Positions 37,479-47,154 of a DNA stretch of 64,000 nt are shown here, in pieces (position 1 is the stretch's first letter; every line of letters starts with the position of its first letter). The position numbers were made by a program, and so were the translations under genes. The stretch spans positions 186,001 to 250,000 of IMG/VR virus record IMGVR_UViG_3300041411_000080; one strand, given 5' to 3'. The notes under the pieces are model-generated. The model was not told the origin of the DNA. It did no database searches and saw only the letters and a program-made list of their open reading frames with translations.

Positions 37479-39802
37479 GCATATTCCCCTAAGCCCAATG
37501 CATCTTCCAAGTTAACCCCACTTGGCAGACCCAATGCATCGGTAATACGTTCTGTCAAGCCAGTATCTGCGAAATTATCGAAGCTACTGTTATATGTTGC
37601 CAAACGCTTTTGTGCACGTTTTACTTCATGACTCACCTTTGGTCCGATGTAAGGCTTTGGTGCCTCAGTGATAACCGGATTACTGGCCATGTACTCAGCG
37701 TACCCAGGACTTGGTTCATACACGAACTCGACGCCACGCATCTCGAGCATGTGATCCAATAGTGCCACTGGTCGACTATTGCCGAATGGAACTTTCTCAC
37801 GATCTACAGCACGTTCAATATCAGTTGGACGCTCCGCAGTCAAGATACTGTTAATCACATTGGTGTGTGCCAATGGGTTGTTGGTTTGATCCAACAGTTC
37901 CATGGTAGCCTCGGGACCTACAGTACAGTTATACGAACGAGTCTCAGATTCACCGAAGGAACGAATAGCAGATTCACGGCCCGGTGTACTGGATCGATCA
38001 TTGTTATTGAGTTTCGATGGGAGACCGAATTGTTGAACCTTAACAGATGCTACAGCGGACCAGTCATCACCAATCTTCTCGAGCAACATCATGTACAGCG
38101 GACCGATCAGAACTTTATCTTTGGTAGTGATCTCCTTACCGTTAGGACCCATGAGTGTTACAGGAGTATGGTTAGGACAGAACCGACTATTAATGACGGT
38201 GTCCATTGCTGTTGGAAGGTGAGTCTCATCATCAATCGGAGTGAAGATATAACTGAAGCCTTGCTCCATAACTTCGTGGATGTACTCTTTCCGATTTGGA
38301 TGGTCTTTCATGATGTCGTGCATCGCTGGAGCAATGATCCACCAGAGTTCCTGGAACTCGTTGAATGCATAGTCGATGAACGCTTGATCGTTTGCTTTTG
38401 GATTGCTACGCAGATCTTGTTTGCTAAGGATACCGTGACGCTCGAAGCCAGCTTCAACACGAATGCGTTGAGCCAAGTCACGAACCGCCGCACCGAAACC
38501 ATGTTCGTAGATACGACCATAGTTAGATCGACGCATAGTCGAACCACCGAAGATCACTACGTCTGCTATATTACCAAATTCATCCCTCGGCATTTGTGAT
38601 CGTGGTAGCGTCTTACATACAACGCCTTTACCACCGTGGAAGTCAGTGATCTTGTAAGCACCACCCGGCTCTTTCAGGGATTCATAAGTGATCTCGATAC
38701 GCCATTCGTCCAGAGGATCAAGACGATACATCCGAGTCAGCTTACGCTGGTTAGCTGCTTGAGGCAGATAGATCATTGCCTCTACTACCAATTGGTTGAA
38801 CTCGTCAGTGATCCGCAAGCGGTCTTTACGTTTAGCCTTCAACGAATAGTAGAATTTCAAGACATCGTTGTAATACGTGCACAGTGCATCGTAATACTTC
38901 ATCAGCTGCTTCTCCATCCCAGATGGAGTGAAGCTTGGGTTCTGACGTTCATCACGATAGATCTTGATGTCTTTAACGATTGCACCCGGTTCACCAATCA
39001 CAACTTTATCGAAGGTACGATCGATTTCACGAAGGGCGCGAGGAGTCATCTCAGCTGGAGACAGATCGTCGTCCAGATCTCGCATTGCAAACACTACGCC
39101 ATCAGGACGAATCTTTTCACCGATGTCTGGGAATGGTTTATTACCATACGCATTCAACAGGAAACTCTTACGACCACAACTGGCAATAGCTGTACCATAA
39201 GCACGTGGGGCGAACTCTTCGAGAATCTCATCGGAGATCAAGAATCCGTCTTCAATGGTGGCATAGTGAGATAGGAAACATGCCTGTACGTTCAGACCTG
39301 CACAGAAGTGTCCATCTTTACTTAACCCTGCCGACTGAGACAGAATGGTATCTTTAGGAATCATTGCACCGGGATGAATGTTTTCCCATACTTCTTTATT
39401 ACGTTCAAGCTTGAAGCCGAAGGTTTGGTGGAAACTCATGAACTCCGGTACGCGCAATACGCCGACGGTTTTGTATTCGTCATAGTAGTGTTCGTAGAAG
39501 ATCGTTGTCTCTGGGTTATGTTTAATGGAGTCAGCACCGTGACCAGTTGGGTACTTACGTAATACCGAAAGGATCTGACAGTCTTCTGGAATCCTCACAT
39601 CGAAACTATGTTCGCCGAACCGCAGTTCACCACCGGTTTGGAACCAGCGGGGTTCTGCGCCTTTGATCACTGGAGCCTGAGTAATCTGACCCAGCAACAT
39701 CGCACCACGAGCTGCGGAGGTAGTACCGAACCATGGATCAATAATCGCGTTACCAGCATAGTGGTATCTGATCTCACGAGCTACCCGTTTCATCTCAAAC
39801 AT
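37475..39802 (-). CDS. Non-virion RNAP beta C-terminal subunit (phiKZ gp71-73 homolog; uninterrupted; 775 aa)
   Basis: TIEDG, KITDFHGGKGV, MRRSNYGR and SFGESETR beta motifs. Confidence 0.92.
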   Translation of the reverse strand: MFEMKRVAREIRYHYAGNAIIDPWFGTTSAARGAMLLGQITQAPVIKGAEPRWFQTGGELRFGEHSFDVRIPEDCQILSVLRKYPTGHGADSIKHNPETTIFYEHYYDEYKTVGVLRVPEFMSFHQTFGFKLERNKEVWENIHPGAMIPKDTILSQSAGLSKDGHFCAGLNVQACFLSHYATIEDGFLISDEILEEFAPRAYGTAIASCGRKSFLLNAYGNKPFPDIGEKIRPDGVVFAMRDLDDDLSPAEMTPRALREIDRTFDKVVIGEPGAIVKDIKIYRDERQNPSFTPSGMEKQLMKYYDALCTYYNDVLKFYYSLKAKRKDRLRITDEFNQLVVEAMIYLPQAANQRKLTRMYRLDPLDEWRIEITYESLKEPGGAYKITDFHGGKGVVCKTLPRSQMPRDEFGNIADVVIFGGSTMRRSNYGRIYEHGFGAAVRDLAQRIRVEAGFERHGILSKQDLRSNPKANDQAFIDYAFNEFQELWWIIAPAMHDIMKDHPNRKEYIHEVMEQGFSYIFTPIDDETHLPTAMDTVINSRFCPNHTPVTLMGPNGKEITTKDKVLIGPLYMMLLEKIGDDWSAVASVKVQQFGLPSKLNNNDRSSTPGRESAIRSFGESETRSYNCTVGPEATMELLDQTNNPLAHTNVINSILTAERPTDIERAVDREKVPFGNSRPVALLDHMLEMRGVEFVYEPSPGYAEYMASNPVITEAPKPYIGPKVSHEVKRAQKRLATYNSSFDNFADTGLTERITDALGLPSGVNLEDALGLGEYA

Positions 39803-40038
39803 TTAATTTCCTCAAACTCACACATAGCCAGGTTGTAAACGGCATAAGCCTCTGACCCCGGATCATGCGCTAACACGAACCGATGCCAATCAACATTACC
39901 TCCAATCTCATTACATACTAGTTTGCCCTCAAGTAGTTCTTTACGAAGAATCTCCTCTAAAGGAGGTCCAGTATATTTTGGCATGCTTCTATAATACGCT
40001 AGTGGATCTTTTAAAGCTTCGGCAATCTGACAGGACAT
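39790..40038 (-). CDS. Hypothetical early protein (82 aa)
   Basis: RBS GAGGTG; directly downstream of the early promoter motif. Confidence 0.6.
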   Translation of the reverse strand: MSCQIAEALKDPLAYYRSMPKYTGPPLEEILRKELLEGKLVCNEIGGNVDWHRFVLAHDPGSEAYAVYNLAMCEFEEIKCLR

Positions 40039-40061
40039 AACTCACCTCTCTTAGACATGGC

Positions 40062-40088
40062 TATTATATAGATCTCAAATAAAATCTA
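40062..40088 (-). promoter_or_regulatory. Early (virion-RNAP) promoter motif copy
   Basis: Minus strand reads TTTATTTGAGATCTATATAA, matching four other copies; upstream of the RNAP beta/beta'/helicase operon. Confidence 0.65.
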
Positions 40089-40100
40089 TGGAGTCCTTCA

Positions 40101-40463
40101 ATGGCTTTTACAATCATGACACTAAAGGAAGATCCTGGTCCGGGGATGTTTTACGACCCCAAGTTCAGGCACATCCTAGAAATGCATATGAACCAACTCA
40201 AGACGATTTACGGTATAAAGCATGAACTGACCGCAGCAGAGCTTTATCAGTTTGAGGGAGACTTTTCAGGCTTCCTGATGTCTAAAGGTCATCAACTGGA
40301 AACACATTGGTTGTTCACCCGTGTGAATGGGATGACTAACCCGAATCAGTTTGGCCGAGAACTAAGGGACCCACTAAAGCGCACTTACCCTACGTACTGG
40401 ATCGAACCTAGACCCAATGCAGTCGCTGAGTTACAGCAGTACTTCATTACCCTGAGACCTTAA
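40101..40463 (+). CDS. Conserved small protein, possibly T4 gp53/LysM-like baseplate wedge (120 aa)
   Basis: HWLFTRVNGMTNPNQF resembles the gp53 W..L..N.I.dP pattern; opposite strand to its neighbours. Confidence 0.45.
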   Translation: MAFTIMTLKEDPGPGMFYDPKFRHILEMHMNQLKTIYGIKHELTAAELYQFEGDFSGFLMSKGHQLETHWLFTRVNGMTNPNQFGRELRDPLKRTYPTYWIEPRPNAVAELQQYFITLRP

Positions 40464-40717
40464 ACCGCGCCGTGCATCTTAACGTATTTATCAGTGCAGT
40501 AATGTGGTTTATCTAGACCGTAACGTTCTAGGTCTTTCTTGAATGCATCCACTGTGGCCCGGTGCTTCTTTACGCTACCGAAGCCGATACCTTTCATGTA
40601 GTGGATAACACCTAGGGGTGAAACCAAAGTAACTGTTAGACAGTCAGTGCCCTCAGTATTCTGCCAAGTATCACCTTGACATGGATACTCATCACTCAGA
40701 TTGTTTGGATGTGACAT
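40460..40717 (-). CDS. Hypothetical protein (85 aa)
   Basis: RBS AAAGGGT; accessory position. Confidence 0.55.
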   Translation of the reverse strand: MSHPNNLSDEYPCQGDTWQNTEGTDCLTVTLVSPLGVIHYMKGIGFGSVKKHRATVDAFKKDLERYGLDKPHYCTDKYVKMHGAV

Positions 40718-40741
40718 TGATTACCCTTTGAAAAAATAAAA

Positions 40742-40773
40742 CATAGACCGGGGTCCGAAGACCCCAGTTTATG
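40742..40773. terminator. Hairpin GGGGTC-CGAA-GACCCC with CATAG/TTATGCCG flanks
   Basis: Lies after the gp70-like stop codon, with a T-tract on the minus strand. Confidence 0.7.
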
Positions 40774-40780
40774 CCGTCTT

Positions 40781-42118
40781 TTAGATCAGACCAAGACCGC
40801 CATTACCTGCGCCTTGACCAGTTGGTGTAGCTGCCATGAATGGGTTAACGGGACCATTGTTCTGTACTGGTGCACCGCCCATCCAAGTTGGAGCTGCTAC
40901 CGCTGCTGGAGCGAAAGCATTGTTATTGCCTTGGAAGCCATTGTTGAATGACTGTGGCGCAAACTGAGGTTGTTGCTGATTGAACGTTACTGGTACGAAA
41001 CCAGTATTCATCACTGGAGCTGGCTGTTGTTGGAAACCACCAGTAGCTGCCTGTGGCTGAGTAGCGTTCAGGAAGTCTGCCATCGAAGCAGCTTTCTTAC
41101 CCGTGGTCGGTTCTTCAGAATGCTTAACTTCAAGCACTTGACGACTCGGTTGTGGGATTACCTGACGCGGTGCTTCAGCTTGAGCTTTCGCTACAGCTGC
41201 CTTCTTCGCGACGCTTACAGTTTCGCTAGCTTCTTCTGGTTGTGCATCAGTCTTACCTTCGTTACCGGAGTAAGGAGGGATGTCCGCATAATGCTTGGTG
41301 ATGATGTCACCAATGTCCAGATCGAACAGAGCGAATGGCTTAACTGGGAGATGCAACTTCTCAGCATAGGCTTCGATCGATTCGTTCAGTACGGTTGCGG
41401 TCTTGTGATACGCAGTCAGCAAGCTGATGAAGTATGGAGCCACACGTGCCGTAGTACCGAAGGAGTATTCCTCTGGGTTCTCGCCATTAGGTACCAGCAG
41501 ATCGAACAGAGCGATCAGCGTAGGACGCTGTTTCTTCGGAACTGTTACGCCCAACACGTTAGTGTCTTTGAGGTCAGCCTTCAGATCTTCGATAATCGGG
41601 AAACGGATGATGCACGAACGGTTTACTTTCTTACCATCGTGCTTGCCACCGTTCTTCAGATACACAGTCAACAGACGGTTCTTCTTAACGGCTGCGCCAA
41701 CCAGCTTCTCGAACAATTCCTTGGTAGTCTTGTCCGCATTGGACAGCTTCTTCAGGAACTCAGTGCACTCGAGTGGCAAGTCTTTGTGAGTGTCTTTATC
41801 GACAGCCACTTGCAACAGACCTTGACCCAGAGTAACCAGAGCATGAGCGATACATGCCTTGGCTTGACGTTGCAACATCTGGATGACAGGCGAAGTACCT
41901 TCACGAGACATTACTTCACAGCCTGGGTGATAAGGCTGATAGTCTTCACCATAGCCTTTACGCTGCCAGTCTTTAGTTGGCAGTACCAGACGACGACCTT
42001 CAACTTTCATTGGGGTCAGTGTACCGGTTGGGTGTTTCTGACTGATCATGCCTTCGTCATCAACGACGAGGGAGAATGCATTCAGAGATTGTTTATAGGA
42101 GTCCAAGATCGGCGACAT
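40781..42118 (-). CDS. Conserved protein, phiKZ gp70-like, with a Q/N/G/F low-complexity tail (445 aa)
   Basis: Position after picA; tail seen directly in the translation. Confidence 0.7.
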   Translation of the reverse strand: MSPILDSYKQSLNAFSLVVDDEGMISQKHPTGTLTPMKVEGRRLVLPTKDWQRKGYGEDYQPYHPGCEVMSREGTSPVIQMLQRQAKACIAHALVTLGQGLLQVAVDKDTHKDLPLECTEFLKKLSNADKTTKELFEKLVGAAVKKNRLLTVYLKNGGKHDGKKVNRSCIIRFPIIEDLKADLKDTNVLGVTVPKKQRPTLIALFDLLVPNGENPEEYSFGTTARVAPYFISLLTAYHKTATVLNESIEAYAEKLHLPVKPFALFDLDIGDIITKHYADIPPYSGNEGKTDAQPEEASETVSVAKKAAVAKAQAEAPRQVIPQPSRQVLEVKHSEEPTTGKKAASMADFLNATQPQAATGGFQQQPAPVMNTGFVPVTFNQQQPQFAPQSFNNGFQGNNNAFAPAAVAAPTWMGGAPVQNNGPVNPFMAATPTGQGAGNGGLGLI

Positions 42119-43775
42119 TGTTGCTTACTCCGTTGAAAGCTTGAGGATTGAATTGTGCAGCTTGTGCTACTGGATGTTGGTATTGCTGGTAACCCTGACC
42201 GGTTGCGAACTGGTTCATGTTAACCACATCATTATCACCGTCAATTACTTTCTTAACCAGCCAAGTAATGTCGTTAGCGATGTTACCAGACAGCTGATGG
42301 TTACGAGTGATCACCGGAGAGAACAGACTATCAGCGAAAGTCGGCGCTACGAAACGTTCAACAGCTTCGTTACCGATAGAGATATCGATAATCGATTCAC
42401 CAGCCAAGTCAGAGATCATGGAGATCTTGAACGGCAGCTGATTACCACGAGTGATGTTGTGTAGTACGTCTACCTTGATCCGGCGCTCCAGTTCGATGAT
42501 GTACGGGCGCATGTCAATACCGTTGATGATACTGGCAGTTGCCTTTGGATGGATCTCGAACAGATATTCGTTTGGACCATTGCCGTTAGTTACCGCGAAC
42601 GATACTTGACGGAAGAACGTATCCATCATGATCGATGGGATAGTCTGAGCCAACAGCGATGCACCGATAGAAGTATAGTCAGCACCGTTCCAGTTCTGAG
42701 ACTGACCAGCGTGGGATACTTTACGGATACTACGGCCATCGTCCATGGAGAAACGCGCTACGGATGGTTGACGCAGTTCAGGGAACAGCTGTTGCAGTTC
42801 ACCCCACGTTACATAACCCTTTTCCATATAACCGGTGTGGTCACGCAGGATTTGCAGGAATGTATTGCTGGTGATGGAACTGTTACGGCACATGGCCGCT
42901 GCTTCACCGAACAGAACTTCGTTCGAGTCAGTACCACGGCTGAACAGAATGTCATCAGTGTCATGAGTCGACGAGTTATACTCTTTACGAGCATGCTGAT
43001 AAGCACTCAACGAACTCGACAGATAACGAACTGGCGAAGTATCTTTACGCATCGAATACTTGAACGAACCACCTTCACCAACCATGGTGCGATGATCATA
43101 CTCAGCATCGATCTTAACATCGATCAAGCCATTGTTTTGCAGATTCTGTGCAACTGCACGGGTCTGCATCTTATTGAAGTTATCTTCAGGACGGATCAAG
43201 AAGCTGGATGGCTTCGCGAACATCCCATTGTCACCACCAACCATGTTCACCGGAGAGATGATTTGGTTAGAGCCGATGATCTTAGCCTGAGTCTGAGGAC
43301 CGTTAGGCGTATTGATGATCGATTCAGCTACTACGGTTTCGGAGTTGAAGTACACTCGCATCTTAGGGTCCATCAGACCCGCTTGAATAGCTGCATCACA
43401 GTGGTCGGAATAACCATAGAAGATACGCTGAGTGGTTGCACCTTTGAAGAACGGATGCTCTTCGAATACACGACACATGATGCGGAAGCGGCGAGAGTTG
43501 AAGGACTCTGGAATCATTACCTCACCTTCGACCATAGCCTGAGGTGTGATCACGTTTGCCGCGATCTCTTGTACGGCACTGACACCAAGATTCAAACCAT
43601 CATTAGTTGCCTCACGCAGCTGTTTAACCACATGCTCGGAAGTGTTCGGGTTAAACGGACGAAGCCATTGAGCTTGATAGGTACCAGTCTGAACGGCGAT
43701 GAAACCATTCTCACCAAAACGGATCTTGGTGTTACCGGTATTACCTACGGAAGCGCCAGTGTTGATATTGAACAT
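42093..43775 (-). CDS. picA: Nuclear-shell protein import factor PicA/Imp1 (phiKZ gp69 homolog; 560 aa)
   Basis: Immediately after the gp68 homolog; GTYQAQWLRPF N-terminal motif; size fits. Confidence 0.8.
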   Translation of the reverse strand: MFNINTGASVGNTGNTKIRFGENGFIAVQTGTYQAQWLRPFNPNTSEHVVKQLREATNDGLNLGVSAVQEIAANVITPQAMVEGEVMIPESFNSRRFRIMCRVFEEHPFFKGATTQRIFYGYSDHCDAAIQAGLMDPKMRVYFNSETVVAESIINTPNGPQTQAKIIGSNQIISPVNMVGGDNGMFAKPSSFLIRPEDNFNKMQTRAVAQNLQNNGLIDVKIDAEYDHRTMVGEGGSFKYSMRKDTSPVRYLSSSLSAYQHARKEYNSSTHDTDDILFSRGTDSNEVLFGEAAAMCRNSSITSNTFLQILRDHTGYMEKGYVTWGELQQLFPELRQPSVARFSMDDGRSIRKVSHAGQSQNWNGADYTSIGASLLAQTIPSIMMDTFFRQVSFAVTNGNGPNEYLFEIHPKATASIINGIDMRPYIIELERRIKVDVLHNITRGNQLPFKISMISDLAGESIIDISIGNEAVERFVAPTFADSLFSPVITRNHQLSGNIANDITWLVKKVIDGDNDVVNMNQFATGQGYQQYQHPVAQAAQFNPQAFNGVSNNVADLGLL

Positions 43776-43785
43776 GTGTAACCTC

Positions 43786-45366
43786 TTACTGATTGATCTG
43801 AGCCAGGTGAATCACAACTTCAGTGATCGTGTGCTTGATGGTTTGCGGAAGGATCAGCACTCGGTTGTGAGTAACTTGATTGGCTTCTTTGAACAACTTA
43901 TCTGGTCCATGGTAAACCCAGTTTGAGCCACGGATAGAATGGTTACAGTTGTTGATTGCGAGACCTGCCATGTTTTCAGGCTTAGGAGTCTCATTACCAT
44001 TTTGCGGTGTCTTCTGAAGTTTCATGTGCGGGAACAGTTCATCCAGTTGTGGACGGAACCGATTCGCGATACGAGAACCCTGACGAGTTTGACTCAGTTG
44101 CGTTGTGGAATCATGAGACCCATGGCGCAACGGTTCAACCTGCATCAGGATGGCGGCATCATTAAAGCCCCAATGCCATAGCAGTGCCTGAGTTGTAGCC
44201 AACAGGTAGTTCACTGGTAGTTTGGAGATATGGTAGAATGCTCTCGCTGGGAATGCCTTAGCCATTACCCACTGTGCAAGCAGGATTTGGTGTGGACGGA
44301 TCTCAACGTTACCAACGGAAGTGATACAGCTAATACATTGCCTGAGTTTATCTTTGCAGATCGTTGGATCTACTTCTTCTGCCAGCAGTTCATAATCCAT
44401 TGCATCGATGTTGTAAGCTTCGATGTCACCTGGACTGATACGACCTTTAGTTTTGTGAGATTCGATGAACGATGTTTTATCTTCGTCATCACCGCCACCG
44501 CCTTCAGGAAGTTTCTTAGCTACACGGTCAGCGGTACTACGTTCTGCTGGTGTGAGGTTAGTCATCACATAGCGGAAGATGTTTGCAACGATCGAGTGAC
44601 TGGTTGGATCGTTCAGTGGAATGATTGTCAGACGACGAACCAAGACTTTGGATTGCAGCAGTACACGAATGTCAGTGGAACTCAGACCAGCCCAAGCGCG
44701 TGCCAACGATAGTGGTTCATCATCAACACAGTACTTAACATAACCGCCGAGCTTATCGAATACAGTTGGGATCTCTTCACCCAATACATCGACTTCGTTC
44801 ATTGGCCAGTTAGCCAGTTCAGTCTCAGACACGAGACCGATTACGTTGTTCTCTTTATACAGCTCTTGATCGGTGCATTGATCAATGTACTCACCCCAAA
44901 CTGGAATCATAGCTTGGAGAGCCAGAGCTACAGTTGCGATGTTGATATAGTCAGACTTCAGATAAGTTTGCTCACGCTTGTTATAGCGAGAGTCTTCCGT
45001 GATGGTATCCTGGATATCAGCAGGGATGTGCAAGTTACCGATAGTCAGCAACCAACGGCGCAGCCGGTTCATTGGGATCTGTTTATAGATCTCCCCGATG
45101 TGGTGAATCAAACTACTAACGAGCATCGATGGATCGAAACCCATCTTGAACAGCTTATGGATTTCTTCATAGCTGTGGAACAACCGATCTTGCGTAGGTG
45201 CATCAACGTTTTCTAGATAGCCATTCAACTCCAAGAAGACCCGATTAGGATCAGCCAATTTAACTTTACTGTACGCACGAGCACTCCATGACAATTCAAC
45301 ATCGCCATGTGTAACACTCACCTGAGTAAAGCCATTGCCCTGTACATTAGTTACAGCAAATTTCAT
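43786..45366 (-). CDS. Non-virion RNAP promoter-specificity (sigma-like) subunit, phiKZ gp68 homolog (526 aa)
   Basis: Size, conserved position between chmC and picA, and DEDKTSFIESHKTK segment. Confidence 0.8.
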   Translation of the reverse strand: MKFAVTNVQGNGFTQVSVTHGDVELSWSARAYSKVKLADPNRVFLELNGYLENVDAPTQDRLFHSYEEIHKLFKMGFDPSMLVSSLIHHIGEIYKQIPMNRLRRWLLTIGNLHIPADIQDTITEDSRYNKREQTYLKSDYINIATVALALQAMIPVWGEYIDQCTDQELYKENNVIGLVSETELANWPMNEVDVLGEEIPTVFDKLGGYVKYCVDDEPLSLARAWAGLSSTDIRVLLQSKVLVRRLTIIPLNDPTSHSIVANIFRYVMTNLTPAERSTADRVAKKLPEGGGGDDEDKTSFIESHKTKGRISPGDIEAYNIDAMDYELLAEEVDPTICKDKLRQCISCITSVGNVEIRPHQILLAQWVMAKAFPARAFYHISKLPVNYLLATTQALLWHWGFNDAAILMQVEPLRHGSHDSTTQLSQTRQGSRIANRFRPQLDELFPHMKLQKTPQNGNETPKPENMAGLAINNCNHSIRGSNWVYHGPDKLFKEANQVTHNRVLILPQTIKHTITEVVIHLAQINQ

Positions 45367-45392
45367 AGCGAACCTCTGTTATGTACTACACC

Positions 45393-45423
45393 TGTATGAT
45401 ATAAATCTGAACTTTTTTCTATT
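45393..45423 (-). promoter_or_regulatory. Early promoter motif, identical over 31 bp to 57373-57403
   Basis: Minus strand AATAGAAAAAAGTTCAGATTTATATCATACA, 27 nt upstream of the gp68-like start. Confidence 0.7.
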
Positions 45424-45497
45424 GACCCTGAACCGGGCGAGAGGGCATAGGGCAACCCTGAGTTAAACTCAAGATCGCCGTATGTTAAAGGAAGGAC

Positions 45498-46253
45498 TTA
45501 GAAGTCAAAGTTTGGGAGTTCTTTGTCATCGAAGGAATCGAAGCCAGTACCGCCACCGCCTTGTGGACGAGGACGTTGGCCACCACCACCATTGCCGCCA
45601 CCGTAGCTGTTACCACCACCTTGCTTACCGCCTGGGCCAGCACCGCCATTCATGTTGGCAGGGTTAGCAACGTTCTTCGCATTAGGATCGAAGTTACCAC
45701 CGGTCAGCAGGTTGTAGATCATTGGCTCAACAGTACGAGCGAAACCGTTAGCATAAGCTACGGACATTGCTTCAACGCTCAGCAGGGAACCATCGCCATT
45801 CTGGATACCATGATATTTGGTAGGACCGAAGAAGAAGCGAATGCGTGGACGGTTCTGTTGCGAACTCAGTACAGCGATGTAGATACGACCATCGGTAGCT
45901 TTACCGATTACCAGAGTGGACAGAGTCATTACTCGATCCAGTTTCTTACCTGCAACGAAGTCATCTTGATAGATCAGCTTGAGTTCGTTCGGGGTATCAG
46001 GGACACCTTCAGTCAGCTTGCGCAGGTAGGCCATTGCTACTGCGAAAGTACCGAGGTCCATGTTGAAATCGATCTTACCATTGTTCAGGTCACCCTGTAC
46101 GTTGGTTTTGACAGTAACCCGTGGACAGTTACCATAAACACCAAAGCGCAGGTTAGGACGCTTGTTAGAACCTTCAACGGGATCAGCAAACATCCAGTTG
46201 GACATTACCGAGAAGATGTTCAGAACTGGTGCTGGGAAGTTTTGTTGCGACAT
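45498..46253 (-). CDS. chmC: Nucleus-associated RNA-binding protein ChmC/Imp6 (phiKZ gp67-like; 251 aa)
   Basis: Folded beta-rich N-domain plus a G/N-rich disordered tail; position upstream of gp68; start moved to MSQQ (RBS GGAG). Confidence 0.7.
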   Translation of the reverse strand: MSQQNFPAPVLNIFSVMSNWMFADPVEGSNKRPNLRFGVYGNCPRVTVKTNVQGDLNNGKIDFNMDLGTFAVAMAYLRKLTEGVPDTPNELKLIYQDDFVAGKKLDRVMTLSTLVIGKATDGRIYIAVLSSQQNRPRIRFFFGPTKYHGIQNGDGSLLSVEAMSVAYANGFARTVEPMIYNLLTGGNFDPNAKNVANPANMNGGAGPGGKQGGGNSYGGGNGGGGQRPRPQGGGGTGFDSFDDKELPNFDF

Positions 46254-46323
46254 GGGGTATAACTCCAATTGGATTAAATTACACTTCGCGAGAGTGTGGT
46301 ACGTAGTATATGCTGCTGGAGTA

Positions 46324-47151
46324 TTATCTCAGCGTAGCATATGATTCTTTAAGTTCTTTCGATCCGTAAGCCTGAATGTCATGATACAGCTTGCCTTCGG
46401 TGGTAACAGGTGACCACTTCTTATTGATAGCTAACTGACGTAACTGACCTACGATCGCTCGTGGTTGAGGCACTAGATCCACGCCATCTCCAAACACCTG
46501 AATGGTGTATTTGAGGAACGGCATGGGTGTATCCTCTTTTATGTTGTTTAGCTTTGTATACCACATTTGCCATGGCTTGAACTTACCCGTGTGGGATTCA
46601 AGCAATAGCAGACGTTGGAAGTGTTCCTTCCATAACAACTCATGTGGGTAGTGAGTCATGAGAGCAACAGTACCTTCACTAGGTGGAGGTTTCTTATTGA
46701 TCTCTAGAACTTCTATCCCCTCAGCTTTCATTCGCTGAGACAACTCAATAGCGGCGTACCGCTCGTAAACTTCATATGCCATTTGTTTAGGCGTTTTGGC
46801 TTCTTTAAAGGTAGCCTTGGGAAACATCCACTTCATTGCGTCTTTACCTGCAATGTAATAGCGGACCTTCGCCCTAGCTCCTGACTGTGCCAATGCAACC
46901 GGGATAGTCTGGACCTCCTGCATCAGAACCTCGACAGCCGCAGCTGGATTCAAGTTCGCTACTTCAGATGTAGGTACAGCCGACCAAAGATTCCGAGCCA
47001 ACGTTCTAAGGTTGACCCAGATCTCTTTTACCGATTTAACGTCAATTGGTTGCTTAGGTGGATTCGGATGAGTACCTAAATAACCCTCAAAGGCAAGAGA
47101 GGTTCCGATACTAACAGGTATCTGCCCAACTTCTCTTTCAATGAGATCCAT
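46324..47151 (-). CDS. Conserved protein, phiKZ gp66-like, possible PIN/5'-3' exonuclease-like fold (275 aa)
   Basis: Synteny after sbcD; IWVNLRTL.RN, LLESHTG and FGD motifs; the fold call is inference. Confidence 0.5.
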   Translation of the reverse strand: MDLIEREVGQIPVSIGTSLAFEGYLGTHPNPPKQPIDVKSVKEIWVNLRTLARNLWSAVPTSEVANLNPAAAVEVLMQEVQTIPVALAQSGARAKVRYYIAGKDAMKWMFPKATFKEAKTPKQMAYEVYERYAAIELSQRMKAEGIEVLEINKKPPPSEGTVALMTHYPHELLWKEHFQRLLLLESHTGKFKPWQMWYTKLNNIKEDTPMPFLKYTIQVFGDGVDLVPQPRAIVGQLRQLAINKKWSPVTTEGKLYHDIQAYGSKELKESYATLR

Positions 47152-47154
47152 GGT

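Noticed and set aside
2831-43781. Other long antisense ORFs (2831-3934, 6502-7461, 12127-13347, 17074-18381, 31126-32040, 40970-42136, 42549-43781)
   Set aside because: All mirror well-supported genes on the opposite strand and have shadow-like composition
45436-45479. Cloverleaf-like pairing downstream of chmC as a tRNA or ncRNA
   Set aside because: Only 44 nt, 4-5 bp stems with 3-nt loops, and no T-loop or D-loop consensus
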